DNA of 64,000 bases from Saccostrea cucullata (Eukaryota). The DNA is taken from positions 186,001 through 250,000 of the forward strand of contig NW_026933545.1 of NCBI RefSeq assembly GCF_032062105.1, read 5' to 3'. The translations under genes were made by a program, and so were the position numbers. Of the stretch, positions 14,701 through 26,922 are shown piece after piece (position 1 is the first letter of the stretch; every line of letters starts with the position of its first letter). The notes below the pieces were generated by a model. That model searched no databases. It was not told where the DNA came from and worked only from the letters and a program-made list of their open reading frames with translations.

Positions 14701-17070
14701 ACGGCGTCTTTATTACTTTCACCTTTCATATTCGTGTCTTGTGGGAAAAGAAAAATTCTTCAGCATCTGTCCCGCAGAAAAATGTAACAATGTAAAAATC
14801 AATTTACTCTTCTCGAATCGATTTCCATACATGGCGTCCAGAAAATTGGAGTTCGGAGTGAAATATCGATTCCCATTTACAAATAGAAATTATACCCATT
14901 AAAATATACACGAGACACGATGCAATAATTCATATTTTTTAATACCTGAGATATCGAATTTCGCTTACTTGACTAGTCTGATTTTCAATGTTATGAAAAC
15001 ATAAGATAAAAGTCAGTGGATTTCAAAGAATTTGTACATTTAAAATACGTGTCAATGGTTTTGAAAAAAGATATAGAAAAGACTTTCAGTGATTCTACTG
15101 GAGAAAATAAGCAGATATTAACTTGCAGGTCTTTTTATGTAACTCTAATTCCTTTCTTTACGTTAAATTATCTTAGTTATACCAGTCTTTTGTGTTATGC
15201 TTATATTTGTGTATTGAACGTAATTGGCAGGTCGTGTGATTTCCCTCTTGGAAGTAGGGACAATTTGACCAAGGACACGCTACCTTGAGAACAGAAAGCC
15301 AACACTTTTAACACGACGAAGCTGCTTAATGGGTTTAAGTATTAAATTGAAAGCAACTTTGAAGTTTGTCGTCGTCGTTAATTAAAATTCACAAAATTAA
15401 TGACATATTCGGTTAAAGGTTTTTTTTTTATTTTTGTACTAAAAAGCCATAAAGGTGATGTTGTAAATGAAGTTTTTTTTTTAGTATTGTGAATTAATAA
15501 AGGATTGTTTTCAGTCAAAAAGAATTATATGTAAAAAACAAGTCGAGAAAAGAGTTACACTGTTAATGTAAAACATCGAATTTTCTTTACAGGCGGAAAA
15601 TTCCATTAAGATTAAATAAAACTTCTTTTATAAATGTTCATCTTAAAGAGATGATCAAAGATAATTTTCAAAATAAAAACAACCCAAGTTAAAGTAAAGA
15701 AAAAAATGTTTACCTGTTTAAAAGTTTATTCCTTCGGAAAATTTCGCAAGTGAAGAATCGTGGGGCCTGAAGTACGTGTAGTGCGTCAATGTGTGTATTG
15801 CAAACAGAGGCTGTTGACTGGAACTGTTTAAAGAGTCCGTGTATAGGTATTGATCAATATCTTCCTATTCAGGGAGGAGTGAGGGCCATATTGTGAAAGA
15901 GAACCCCAGCGTTTTCATTTAAAGGTATTTGTATTTGTCAAAATTGCAGATTTTTCATTCAAAAAATTCTTTTGAAAGAGAAAAGAATATACCGTTCCCT
16001 TTTTCATGGAAAAATAGAATAGACTTACTTTTACTTATTGAATTAACAAAGGTTCATTATTCTTATCGTTAATATACCCGTGGTTGAGGTAGTTTCAGAA
16101 GTTGTCATAGTTATGGACTTGGCCCAGTAAACAGTGTATAAAATGTTTGAATACTTTTAGTATACAATGTACCAATTTTACGAAATCTCGCCTACGCAGC
16201 TGCCATATATGGTTTAACTTCAAATCTTTTCTTGGAAGTCATGTCGGTGCTGACAAAGAAAGAAAAAGGAAGAAAATCTACTGAATTGCCAAAAAAGTAT
16301 TTGTGACACAAGAAGTAGTCTTATCTCCGTCTGATCCAGAAAATATTTTTTTTATATTAGGTCATAGACATTTTTATTTGCTGCTGTAAGCCGTATGAAA
16401 CTCTGTTATCTTAACCATAGGATTCATTTTCATATTGTACAAACTGGGAACTGTCTCTTATATCAATAGCTAGACATGAAATTTTATTTTTTATTTTTTT
16501 TATTGTCAAAACAGCATAGAATACTAAAAAATAAATCAAACTGACTTTTTTTGGTATGTCTGTACATATATTTGTAACTTGTGTGAAAGTTTCAATTAAA
16601 ATAAAAACAAAAAACAAACAAACAAAAAAAAAACTTCATAATGGCCAATTTTTGAACAGGAACTTTCAGTTAGCCCCAGCAGACATGTTTTTAAAAACTA
16701 TTTACTTACCAAGATGAAGAGGACAAAAACAGGTATGCTGGTACCCAAAGAACGGACTTGTTTCAAGAAATACTCATATGAAAAATAAAAGTTACAGCCC
16801 CAACTTATAAATAAATTATTGGTTAGGTTAGTCCAACAAATTGCGAGTAAAAAGACAGATTTACAAAGCAAAAAGTACATATATGTTTCAAAATTTTCGA
16901 TTACAGAGACATAAAAACGTCAATAAAATATCTGGCTGAATTTCAAGAAAGTGTAAAAAATGCATGAGCAAATTCATATTTTTTAAAAGAAGTCCAGCAT
17001 CTTTTAGTTAAAGGTGAAACACATGGAGATAACGAACAGTATTCAAGATCAAAAGTCCATAAAACAATAA

Positions 17071-18192
17071 AAACAAGCTAATTCAGAGAATTCGTGTCCC
17101 CCGCTTAGGGAAAAAGTCGGCTCCCCCTGACTGAATTTGTAGAATTATTAAATGTATACATGTATACTGAAGGAAATAAAATACATGTATGTCAATATGC
17201 ATATAAAGATTTGATTGCTTATTCTTTATTATGTGTACAGAAGATTTTTTTATATGGAATATTTATCACACTGTAATGATGATTTTATAACCTCATAAAT
17301 TTTTCATTTCACATGCTGAATACTATCATTTAGTAAAAAAAAAAGTATTTAAAAAAAAAAAAAAAAAAAAAAATGTTCGACCGAGATTCGATCCCGGTAC
17401 CTCTCACATTTGAAGCGAGAGACATAACCACTAGATCACGGAGTCGCTTTATATGGTGACAGGTATATGCAGAACTAAAGCCACATACATGTATATATTC
17501 ATGTTCGGTATTCTCAAAATTTTACACAATCCATGGTGTTTGATTTATTTAGCCTTTATTTAACAGTTATAATAAATGTAATAAGAACATAAAGTCCGCC
17601 GAGAACCTGTTTTATACACAATAACTCTCCTCATGCCCCTGCGCTAAAAATAGCGACATGTAATACTATAAATACTAATAAAACAAACGGGGCGGGACAC
17701 TTTGAGAGGGGCGAGAGACGTCCTAGGGAGTTTTGCTATAAAATTACATTGCATAAGCTCAAAATGTTCTTGAAATATCGCCCGGAAATGAAAGTGTTAC
17801 ACACAGACAGAATGTATAAATTTACGACCTTGAACTTTGACCTTTTGACCTCAAAATCAATAGGGGTCTTCTTTAGGCCACAGGGAGTTGTTATGTAAAA
17901 TTTCATTGCGATAGCTCAAATGGTTCTAGAGATATCGTGTGGAAACGAAAGTGTTTTAACAGACAGAATTTGCTTATTTATGACCTTGACCTTTGACCTT
18001 TTGACCTCAAAATCAATAGGGGTCTTCTTTAGTCCATAGGGAGTTGCTATGCTAAATTTCATTGCAAAAGCTCAAAGGGTTCTCGAGATATCGTGTGGAA
18101 ACGAAAGCGTTACAGACAGACAGAAAGACGGACGGACGGACAGACGGACGGACAAACCCAAATTAATATCCCCCACTTTTCAAGCGGGGGAC
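17071..18192 (+). mobile_element. Helentron-associated non-autonomous element (HINE/pearl-like)
   Basis: Starts aacaag. Subterminal IR tgtcccccgctt / aagcgggggaca. Contains ~156-bp tandem units (tgacctt..gacctcaaaatcaataggggtc), a GACA/GACG microsatellite at about 18113-18153, and a terminal hairpin. Confidence 0.8.
17374..17445 (-). pseudogene. tRNA-Val-like derived Pol III unit (SINE head / tRNA pseudogene) followed by oligo-T
   Basis: Minus strand reads GACTCCGTGATCTAGTGGTTATGTCTCTCGCTTCAAATGTGAGAGGTACCGGGATCGAATCTCGGTCGAACA then T23. A- and B-box-like motifs, paired anticodon arm, poorly paired acceptor stem. Confidence 0.65.
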
Positions 18193-20169
18193 AAAAAAAG
18201 AAGGTGGTATTTCTATTTATAGGAATTACAGATTATTCAAATTCTTTTTAAAGAAAAAAAATACCGCTCCTTTCTTCATGGAAATAAGGCTTCGTTCTCG
18301 AGAAAATGCCCGGGCAAAATGCCATTTTTGCATATCATTGAATTTAATAATACATGTATTGAATCTAAAAAGAGTCTTTTATTCTTATGCTTAATAAACT
18401 GAGTACCCGTGAATGAGCAACAGAGGTGAAGATAGTTTCTGACTTGGCCAAATAAATTGTGCATAAAATGTTTGAATACTTTTAGCATACCAATTTTAAA
18501 GAAATCTCGCCTACGCTAGCAGGTGATATTACGAGTCGATGTATGTAGCCGACATGTATTGTTTAATTTCAAATCTATTCCTGGAAGCGTTTAGATGCTG
18601 ACAAAGATGGAAAAAGAAAGGAAATCTAATGAAATGTCAAAAGAGTAACTGTATCCAAAAAAAATAATAATAATAAAAAAAAAAGAACAAAAAAAAAAAA
18701 AACACACAAAAAAACCAGCCATATCTTCGTCAGGTTTATAAAATTATTTGAAATAAAGTTTTTTTTTATTGAGTCATAGATATTCTTATTTCCTTATACA
18801 AAAAATGTATGAAAATCAGTTTTCTTATCTATAAGATTAATGAATTATTTCCATATAGTACAAACTGGTTCATGTAAAAATCTCATGTCAATCATTCGGC
18901 ATAAAAATTTCCCTTTTATGTCAACTGAAAACTGAACTGAAAACTACTTTATATTGATCAATTTTCGAACAGCAACTTTCACTAAGCTCTAGCGGGCATT
19001 TTCTTGCATTTTCAAAACAGTGATGACGTTTTCTTTGCTTTGACAACGCCTCGTTCTATTCATAAGATTTGAAAACCTTTAGATTAATAAACAATAAATA
19101 AGATATGCAAACTATGCAAAATATGCAACAGCTTATGACAAAGGTTAAATAAACTGACAGCCCTAACACCAACCGTTAAATAATTTTTGCACACGGTTAA
19201 AATTTTCAAAAGTAGCTTTGACTCCAAGGTGAAAAGTAAGCGTCCAAGGAAGAGCTTGTCACGATTACATGTGTAATATGAAACCCTCAGTTGTTCCAAA
19301 TCAGGCAAATGGTATAACCAAGGATCGATTTTGGTAGGTTAACCCCAAAAGTCAAAAAAATATTTGCAAGGTAAGGGTTTTTTCTGGGAAACAAACAATA
19401 GCTAAACAGAAAGATTGACAAGGCAAAAATTATCTGTTCCCGAATCTTCGATTACATGGGCATAAACACGCTGAATTTCAAGAAGGTGTAAAGAATGCTT
19501 GAGCAAATTCATAACAATGTACATAAAGTTACAAATAATACCCTTGGAAAAATATTAATCCTCCTTGCTCATAATACATATTACACGTTTAACAAATAAT
19601 GGGCTCAAACATCATGACATCAAATGGACATTCTGTCCCAGCGTTGTAGTTCACTTCTTATTTCTTGTCGCTAACCTTAACTAGCGGCTATTCTGTATTA
19701 AATTAACAGTGACATTTTCAGTAATGTTACTGCGTTAGATTTTTTTCCCACTCATAGCATAAGATTTGCCGTTTAAAGTCTGATGCACTATTAAATTTGA
19801 AATGTTAAATACATGCTAAGGACGTTTATAACATATAAGCAGTCTACGAAAAGTTAAATGCTAAAAATTACTATAATTTATTTTAATTAAATAGTTTATT
19901 GAAGGTCATCCCAGTTACATTTTATGAGATAATGAATTTAAAACCAAACACTGAAGAAAAGTTTAAATGGTGTACTTTAATAGGTAATAGTAAAAAAAAC
20001 ATCCATATTTGTACATTTGTGAATACAATATAATTGAAAAATTATTTATCCTTATTGAAGAATTATTTCTGTTATTTGTATCAAATATACAATATTTAAA
20101 CCCTTTTCTTCTGAAGTATCTTTTTCAAAAGCGTCAACATTTGTCTTCTCGGCATTTGAAGCTTTTTTC

Positions 20170-23100
20170 TCACTGCTGAAGTTCATGCTCTCTCTCCTCT
20201 ACATTCAAACTCGAAGACCTAAGCCTAGAGTCAGAAAGTTCCCCAATCACAGAGTCGTAACTCCTTGTGTTAATCATACCAGTACTACTGCTGAAATGTC
20301 CTTGGCGTGGAATGTTCCCCAAATGTGGTTTCAAAGCTGGAATACCTCTGGTATTATCCGCTCTGTTACTTCCGTCTATCTCAGTAAACACACCTTGTTC
20401 CTCCGGTTCTCTGACAGAGACAGCTTGACAATCGTTGGTCCGATTTTCTTGTGGTTCCTCATCTGATCGGAGACCTTGGATATTTGGATTTCTAATTGTA
20501 GTTTCATCTTCCTCAGATGATCGCTGGAAAAGAAGAAGGAGATGGTTGAAAAACTTTTTTTTTACTTTCAGCATATAAACACGATCAAGATGATATTCAA
20601 TACTTTCTTATTTTGGCAATATTCTGGAATAAATAGTTTACAATATTTAAACTTAAATACTAATTTATGTTTATGTAATGGATGCACTATATTTAATATT
20701 TTCAATCAGGTGCAATATCTCGGTCATAGTTCTTAGGTCAACATAACATCGAATTATTTTCTTTTAAACATGTTAAAGCAGACTTCTTTCTCTCTTTGGT
20801 GCAACATGTATGTTCTTAGCATTATTGCAAATGATTTGTTTCTCCTGCAGAACATGGCCGTGAGGGATTTCATTACTTCATGAAAAAAATTATATATCTC
20901 CAGTGAAAAGTTAAAAGAGAATATGTTCAGTGTATATTGCAATTAGATTACATATGAAAGGCATTAATTATACATGTATTTTATCCAATCTCAAATCCAC
21001 TGATAGAAATTACTAAATTCCCATACCCTCCGACGGTATAATTTAGACCTTCCGGTTGCTAAATTATTGTGAACTTCTCTATTATTTGTGCGATTGTTGT
21101 CGTCATAAGTAGGAAAGTCAGTGAAAGAAATTTCAGCCAATGGAGTACGAACGTCACTTCCGATAGTATTGGTTGATGCGTCAACACTACGACGGGAATA
21201 TGGTGGTGGATCATGAATTTGCGATGGGGGGTGATGTTCTCCCACAAAAGTTGGTGGGTACATCTGACCGTGTGAAGCGGGGTAGTTGGATGACTGATGA
21301 AAGGGATTATGGAAAACATGATTAGTATTCATTGGAAAACTGGAGTAAAACTGACCCATATGAGTTTGATATCCGTCATATGGCATAAGACCATGGTTTG
21401 TCTGTGTTGAGTAGGGGCGCGAGCTTTCAGGCATCAATGCATTCATTTGAAGATAGTTTGGGAATGGTTGCTGAGTTTGTATTTGCTGGGGTTGCATCAT
21501 CATGTTTCCAAAGATACCACCAACATAGTTTTGTGAGGCACTAGGAGTGTTCGAAACCAGTTGAGGCGTTCCTTGTGTTTGATGGAGGTTCTGAACAAGA
21601 TTTTGTACCGAAGGTATTTGGGCAGCACTTTGTTGGACAACAGGACAGTTATTGGAGCGAGATGCCAGACCACCTATTAGAGCAGAAATCGTATTATTTT
21701 GAGTGGGATTATTCGTTTCACTGCTCCCTCTCAAGTTTTGAACAAGAGAAGCTAAAGCTTGAAGACGACTGTTATTATTTCTTGCACCGTTATTGTTACT
21801 TCGATTATTCCTGTTGTTATTATCACCATCTTTATCGGTTTTGTTATTTTTGTTTCGACTGGTGTTGCTCGTTTTGTTGCCATTTTCATTTTTGTCTCTT
21901 TCACCGCGGTTTTTCTTTGAAGCTCGTTTATTTCTGTTCTTCTGTCCGTCTGTGTTGTTCTCGGCGTTTGTTCCACCGTTTGCTGAGGACGTCTGAGTAT
22001 TGACGCCTATCTGATTTATCAATTGCGTGGCTTGTTCTTCGTTCTCTTCTTCTTCGTCTTCTTCAGTGTCTGTTTCATTTTCTTCTTCTTCTTCTTTTCT
22101 CTTCTTCTCCTTCTCTTCCTTGGAAACAGCTCGTGTCAGCCAAAACGAGAAGAAAATTAGGGTCAACTGCATTAAATAATGATATACTTGTCAGTAAAAA
22201 TTACCTTGAAATTAAAAATCAAAACATGTTTCTGAAAAAAGCATGTAACTTTTACCTCAAATACTCCAACTGTTCCTAGACAACCAAAAGAAATTCCGTT
22301 CTGTTCTTCGATGATGTCCCACAAAGCTTTGTAGCAACCCTGCATATAAACATAAGCATCAATGTTTTGACACTTCAATTGATTATAATATATTCTTTTC
22401 TCCCTAGGATTTCCTTGTACATCATTTCAACATTCACATAGTATAAATATGTGTCTTTTATTTTACTTTTTATATAGTTTTGTATATATTTCACTGAGCT
22501 CAATAATTATATAATATTTTCTGGCTGTTTATGATTCATTAGAACACTGGTTGGCATAAATAATATTTTGTTTTCCCCTTTAAAAATGTGTGTTACTTGA
22601 TAAAACAGATTACCGTTAGGTAATTAGAATCTTCGGTGGTAGGTATCACTGCACAGTCTCCGCCGACGTCCATTTCTTCCGGATTTTTGCAACAAGAGAC
22701 TGGAGTTGTCAAAGTGACGGATAGGGTAATATTAAACTCGTCGACGTAAAAGTATTCCCGGTCCCAGATTAGACTCTTGTTGAAATCAGAGTAGTCCTCT
22801 ATTCCACAACACGACAACTGAAAAAGGCCAACCCAGGACTGATATATCGTCTTAATTCATTTCGAGAATTTCATTTCGTTATTAATGTAAAGCGTTGATC
22901 ACTCCAAATGAATATTTTACAATATGGGCACAAATAACTATTGTGAATTTAATTTACATGTATTTATTGAATATCTGCGTTACATATCTAATATACATTT
23001 TGTATCATTTAACAATGAAGAGTAAAGCTAAAATGATACCATTTACATTATTTTTGGAAGTTTTTTTTTTAAAACAATGAACCATTTAGATTATGTAACT

Positions 23101-24890
23101 GCTTCTAGAGTTGTACTAGAAATCTAGTTAATTTAATTGATTTCAAAATCAATACAGAAAATTCTTGGATTTTCTTTTTTCTTCATAATCTAAAATGACC
23201 GACTCCTTTTTAACGACCAGCTTGTGCGTGTTACTGAGTCTGATTGCAGCAGATTGGACATAAACCCTATCAGATTACCATGGACTTTGAGTGTGTGATT
23301 GCTCTATAATAGAAAATCAACACGCAGCATAAAGTGGTTCATTGTTCAAACTATATATAATATAAAAATCGAAGGAAAAGAACTTCCATGATCTTTCTCT
23401 CCACAGAATAAAAAAAAATCTTTAAACGAACATAAAATTAGAAGAAATTCTGTATTAGGAAGCAATTCAAAGAAAACCCGCTGAATTCAATTTCTACCCT
23501 TCTCCCCTTTGCTTCTCATCGAAAAGTCAGTTGTCAATAAGGATAAGAGATTCCTGTATTGAAACTTTCTGATCTGATAGTGCTAATGACACAGTAAGGT
23601 GCAAATTAGCATATTGATTATGTTTTATCTCTTCTGCTAGTCAGGTATCAATAATTTATTAATTGCAATTAATCAATTTTAGACTTACTCCGGACATAAA
23701 GAAATCAAAGGCCACAGACATGACGTCTGTTCCGTTGCCACCGACATATTGATTCTGGAGGAAACTCTGAAGAGATGGCTTCATGTAATCGTCTATCTGT
23801 AATACATATTTATTACATTACAATATAACTCATGTAATCATCTATCTGTAATACATATTTATAACATTACAATATAACTCATGTAATCGCCAATCTGTAA
23901 TACAAATTTATAACATTATATTACAAGGTAATTCTTAGAAATCGTGTAATCGTTTCACTGTAACACAAGGAAATCCTTTAAACTCATTTAATTTACCAGC
24001 ATCTGTCGTTATCACACATTCATTACATTACAATGCAATATAATTTTTAGAACCTGTATAATTGTTTGTCTGCAACACATATATTACATAACAATACAAT
24101 GTAATTCTTAAAACTCGTGTTATTGTCTCTCCATAACATACATATATTATATTATATTACAATGCAATATATTTTAGAACTCAAGCATCCATCTATATGT
24201 AAAACACAAAGCATTGCAATACAATGTTGTTCTTATTATCTATCATTTATTATAATATAATTTTAGTACATTTGTGATATTACCAAAAGTATTTTATTTG
24301 AGTTTTAGGGTATTTTGATCATTTATACGAAGTAAAAGTTAGACGGAAACCCCACCGGAGAGATAGACACATGAGCATATTAAGGATTTAACGCCTCACG
24401 TTTATCTTTGCAGGAGTCGTTTGTTTGCAATGGCCGATGAAGAGTAGGTCAAATATTTATCAATATTTTAAATTCTGTATATTTCTGATTGCCCATCTAG
24501 GTTTTAAATGTCAATGATATAAATAAATATATTACACCTGGTATTGTGTTTTTGTAGATATCTCAGCACAGTTGGATTGCACAAATTAATTAAGGTAAAT
24601 ATATTTGAGTTACATAAGTATTTTTGGGATAAATTAAATTAAAGGCAGATTAATGAATTAATTTCAGAGAGAACATTGGATGTCAATTTTGGATAAGTAG
24701 GTTTTGCTGAATTTGTCTACTTGAAGCGTTTATTGCCAATCTGCGGCGTTAATATACTTTAAGGTGCATAGTAAATGAATGTTCAAATTGATGATTTAAG
24801 TGACCAGTAACATATACATGTACATATACATATACATGTACTACAGACTTTTATCACCAAAACTTGAAGAATCGTTTCTTCAATTGTCAT

Positions 24891-24940
<50 letters not shown>

Positions 24941-26922
24941 CTATTGATATTGATTAATGGAAGTGAATTTGCTTAAGATATGATAATCTCACTAATATCA
25001 TCTTATGGACCAAATAAAAATGGGGGATAACACTTCACACTTACTTTTCCTTGATACCACTTACCAAATTTCTCTTTGTTATCAGAATGACAATAAATGA
25101 AATTTCTCCAGCAAGAAGAAGAATAAGCATAAAGCCGTACTGCAAATAAAAAGACACTAGTATAAAATAGAAGTTATAGAACACAATGTGTCCTTGTTGG
25201 TTAGAGTCAAAGAGTCAACAACTGCCATATATCCAATATTTACCACTGATTATACAGACCTTTAAAGAGTTAACTGCTATTTATTTTAAAGCATATATTT
25301 TGTCTTTTTCACAAAAATAGTTATACATGTATATCAAACTTTCGTTATTTTACCAAAATTAGGAGTGCTTTGATCTTTTTCTTGGCTCCAAGGATCCCGA
25401 TCCCGGCCACAATGGTCAACACCAAACCAATCGCAATCAGACCAAAAGCGGCATTCCCCACCAGAGCCGCTACATCTAGGCTAGAGAGATCCACCCCTCC
25501 TAATCCGCCCGTCATACTGGTCAAAGTATCTATCACCTTACCTATGACGTCATTGATGAGGTCTTTGGCAAATTTGACCAACATTCCTATCACCGCCATT
25601 CCTAGAGCAAGCAGCTAAAAACACCAGGCTTCTTATTACGTCGTATAAAAAGGAATAAGGATCAGAAACGGTTCTTTCTGAAAGGTTTGGGTTGGTTGTG
25701 AAGCATCTTGCTTAGCCAATGGCTTCTGGGCCGCCACTTTCCTCAAAACGATAGGTGTGGATCAGAAACCCTTGGCTAGCGAAGATGAATGAAGCGCAAA
25801 ACAATTTCTTTTCAGAATGAACCATTTGGTGTTTATGTCTTACTTAAGGTCAGATGATACAAACCATTTTTTCTTTGGATGAGACTTAATATCATCTAAC
25901 AGGTTTAGAAAAGTGGATAATTCTTTGAATTTTTTCTCCTTCGACTTGGAAAATGAAATAAACTTGGAAATATTAGTTAATACTTCAATATAATAACAAA
26001 TATAGACAAATCACAATCAGTAAAGGTTTTCAGATGAAAACAAATTTCAGAATATGTAAGCTTGGTGCTAAAAGTATAATACAAACTTTACAAAGATATA
26101 CCAAGCAAGGTAAATTTTACGAGGAAACGCAAATGGTGAAAAATCAGAAAAATCACAGAGGCTGATTTTTACCATTTTGCTTTTCCTCGTAAGATTCACC
26201 TGGCCTGGTATATTATTTAAAAGTTTACATTATACTTTAAGCACCAAGCTAACATATTCTGAAATTTGTTTTCATCTGTAAAACTCTATAGCTACTGAGT
26301 GTGATATGTTTTTGTTATGTTAGCAACAGCTAGCAAAGAAGATTCAATTAAAAAAAAATAAAAGAGTTGTTCACAGATCACGGCCAATTAAAGATGTATA
26401 TAGTGCTAATTAAGTTTAACATGAATATATAAGATACAAAGAAAACTTTTGAAAAGTATAAAGGTTTTAATAATAAAAATGAAAACCAGGCACAAAATTT
26501 TAACCATAAATACCTTTTTTATATTCACAGTTTCTCATAGAAGAATCTGTGAATATATAAAATAGGAGTCAAACAGAAAGTCATTTGTTATTTGACCAGC
26601 GTGTGTCTCCTCAAGAGTGTAGAAATTGTTCATATGATAAATCGGAGTAAATTAAGAGAATGATACATGAACATTATCAGTGATTTTCTTTGTGTTTACG
26701 AAAACGTATTTATTGAATGAACTTGAAAAAAAATCATTTTTTTTTTATTCATCATAGGAAGTTGTTTTGATACATTTTCGAGCAAGATTTCCATGTTACA
26801 TAAATTATACAAAAGCTTTTAAAATAAGAATTAAATTGAAATGAACGTAACCTTACCCCGAAAAATGAATTCAGGGTCATTAGACACCCCCTTCCACAGT
26901 TGGCCACGCTGTCCATTGCCAT
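20170..26922 (-). CDS. Tetraspanin paralog 2 with a very long low-complexity C-terminal tail (about 763 aa)
   Basis: Phase-0 GT-AG exons: 26922-26857, 25614-25354, 25139-25065, 23796-23689, 22817-22614, 22339-22256, 22166-21027 and 20523-20170. EC2 has CCG..PVSCC..C..GC. The 108- and 84-nt exon sizes match paralog 1. TM4 runs in frame into a 1140-nt exon. AATAAA at 19895-19900. Confidence 0.85.
23781..24230. repeat. 49-bp tandem repeat overlapping the exon-4 acceptor of tetraspanin 2
   Basis: tcatgtaatcgtctatctgtaatacatatttattacattacaatataac at 23781, 23830 and 23879, followed by degenerate copies. Confidence 0.85.
24894..24937. repeat. (TC)n microsatellite
   Basis: About 22 perfect TC units. 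Confidence 0.95.
25993..26318. mobile_element. Palindromic foldback MITE (~150-bp arms)
   Basis: cagatgaaaacaaatttcagaatatg.aagcttggtgct is mirrored by agcaccaagct.acatattctgaaatttgttttcatctg, with a ~14-nt loop near 26150-26161. Confidence 0.8.

Noticed and set aside
17374-17445. Functional tRNA (Sec because of CTTCAAA, or Leu-CAA)
   Set aside because: There is no long variable arm, the acceptor stem does not pair, and the stem register gives CAA rather than TCA. It also lies within a TE.
21575-22003. Plus-strand C/Y/F-rich ORFs
   Set aside because: Antisense shadows of the Asn/Lys-rich tetraspanin tail.
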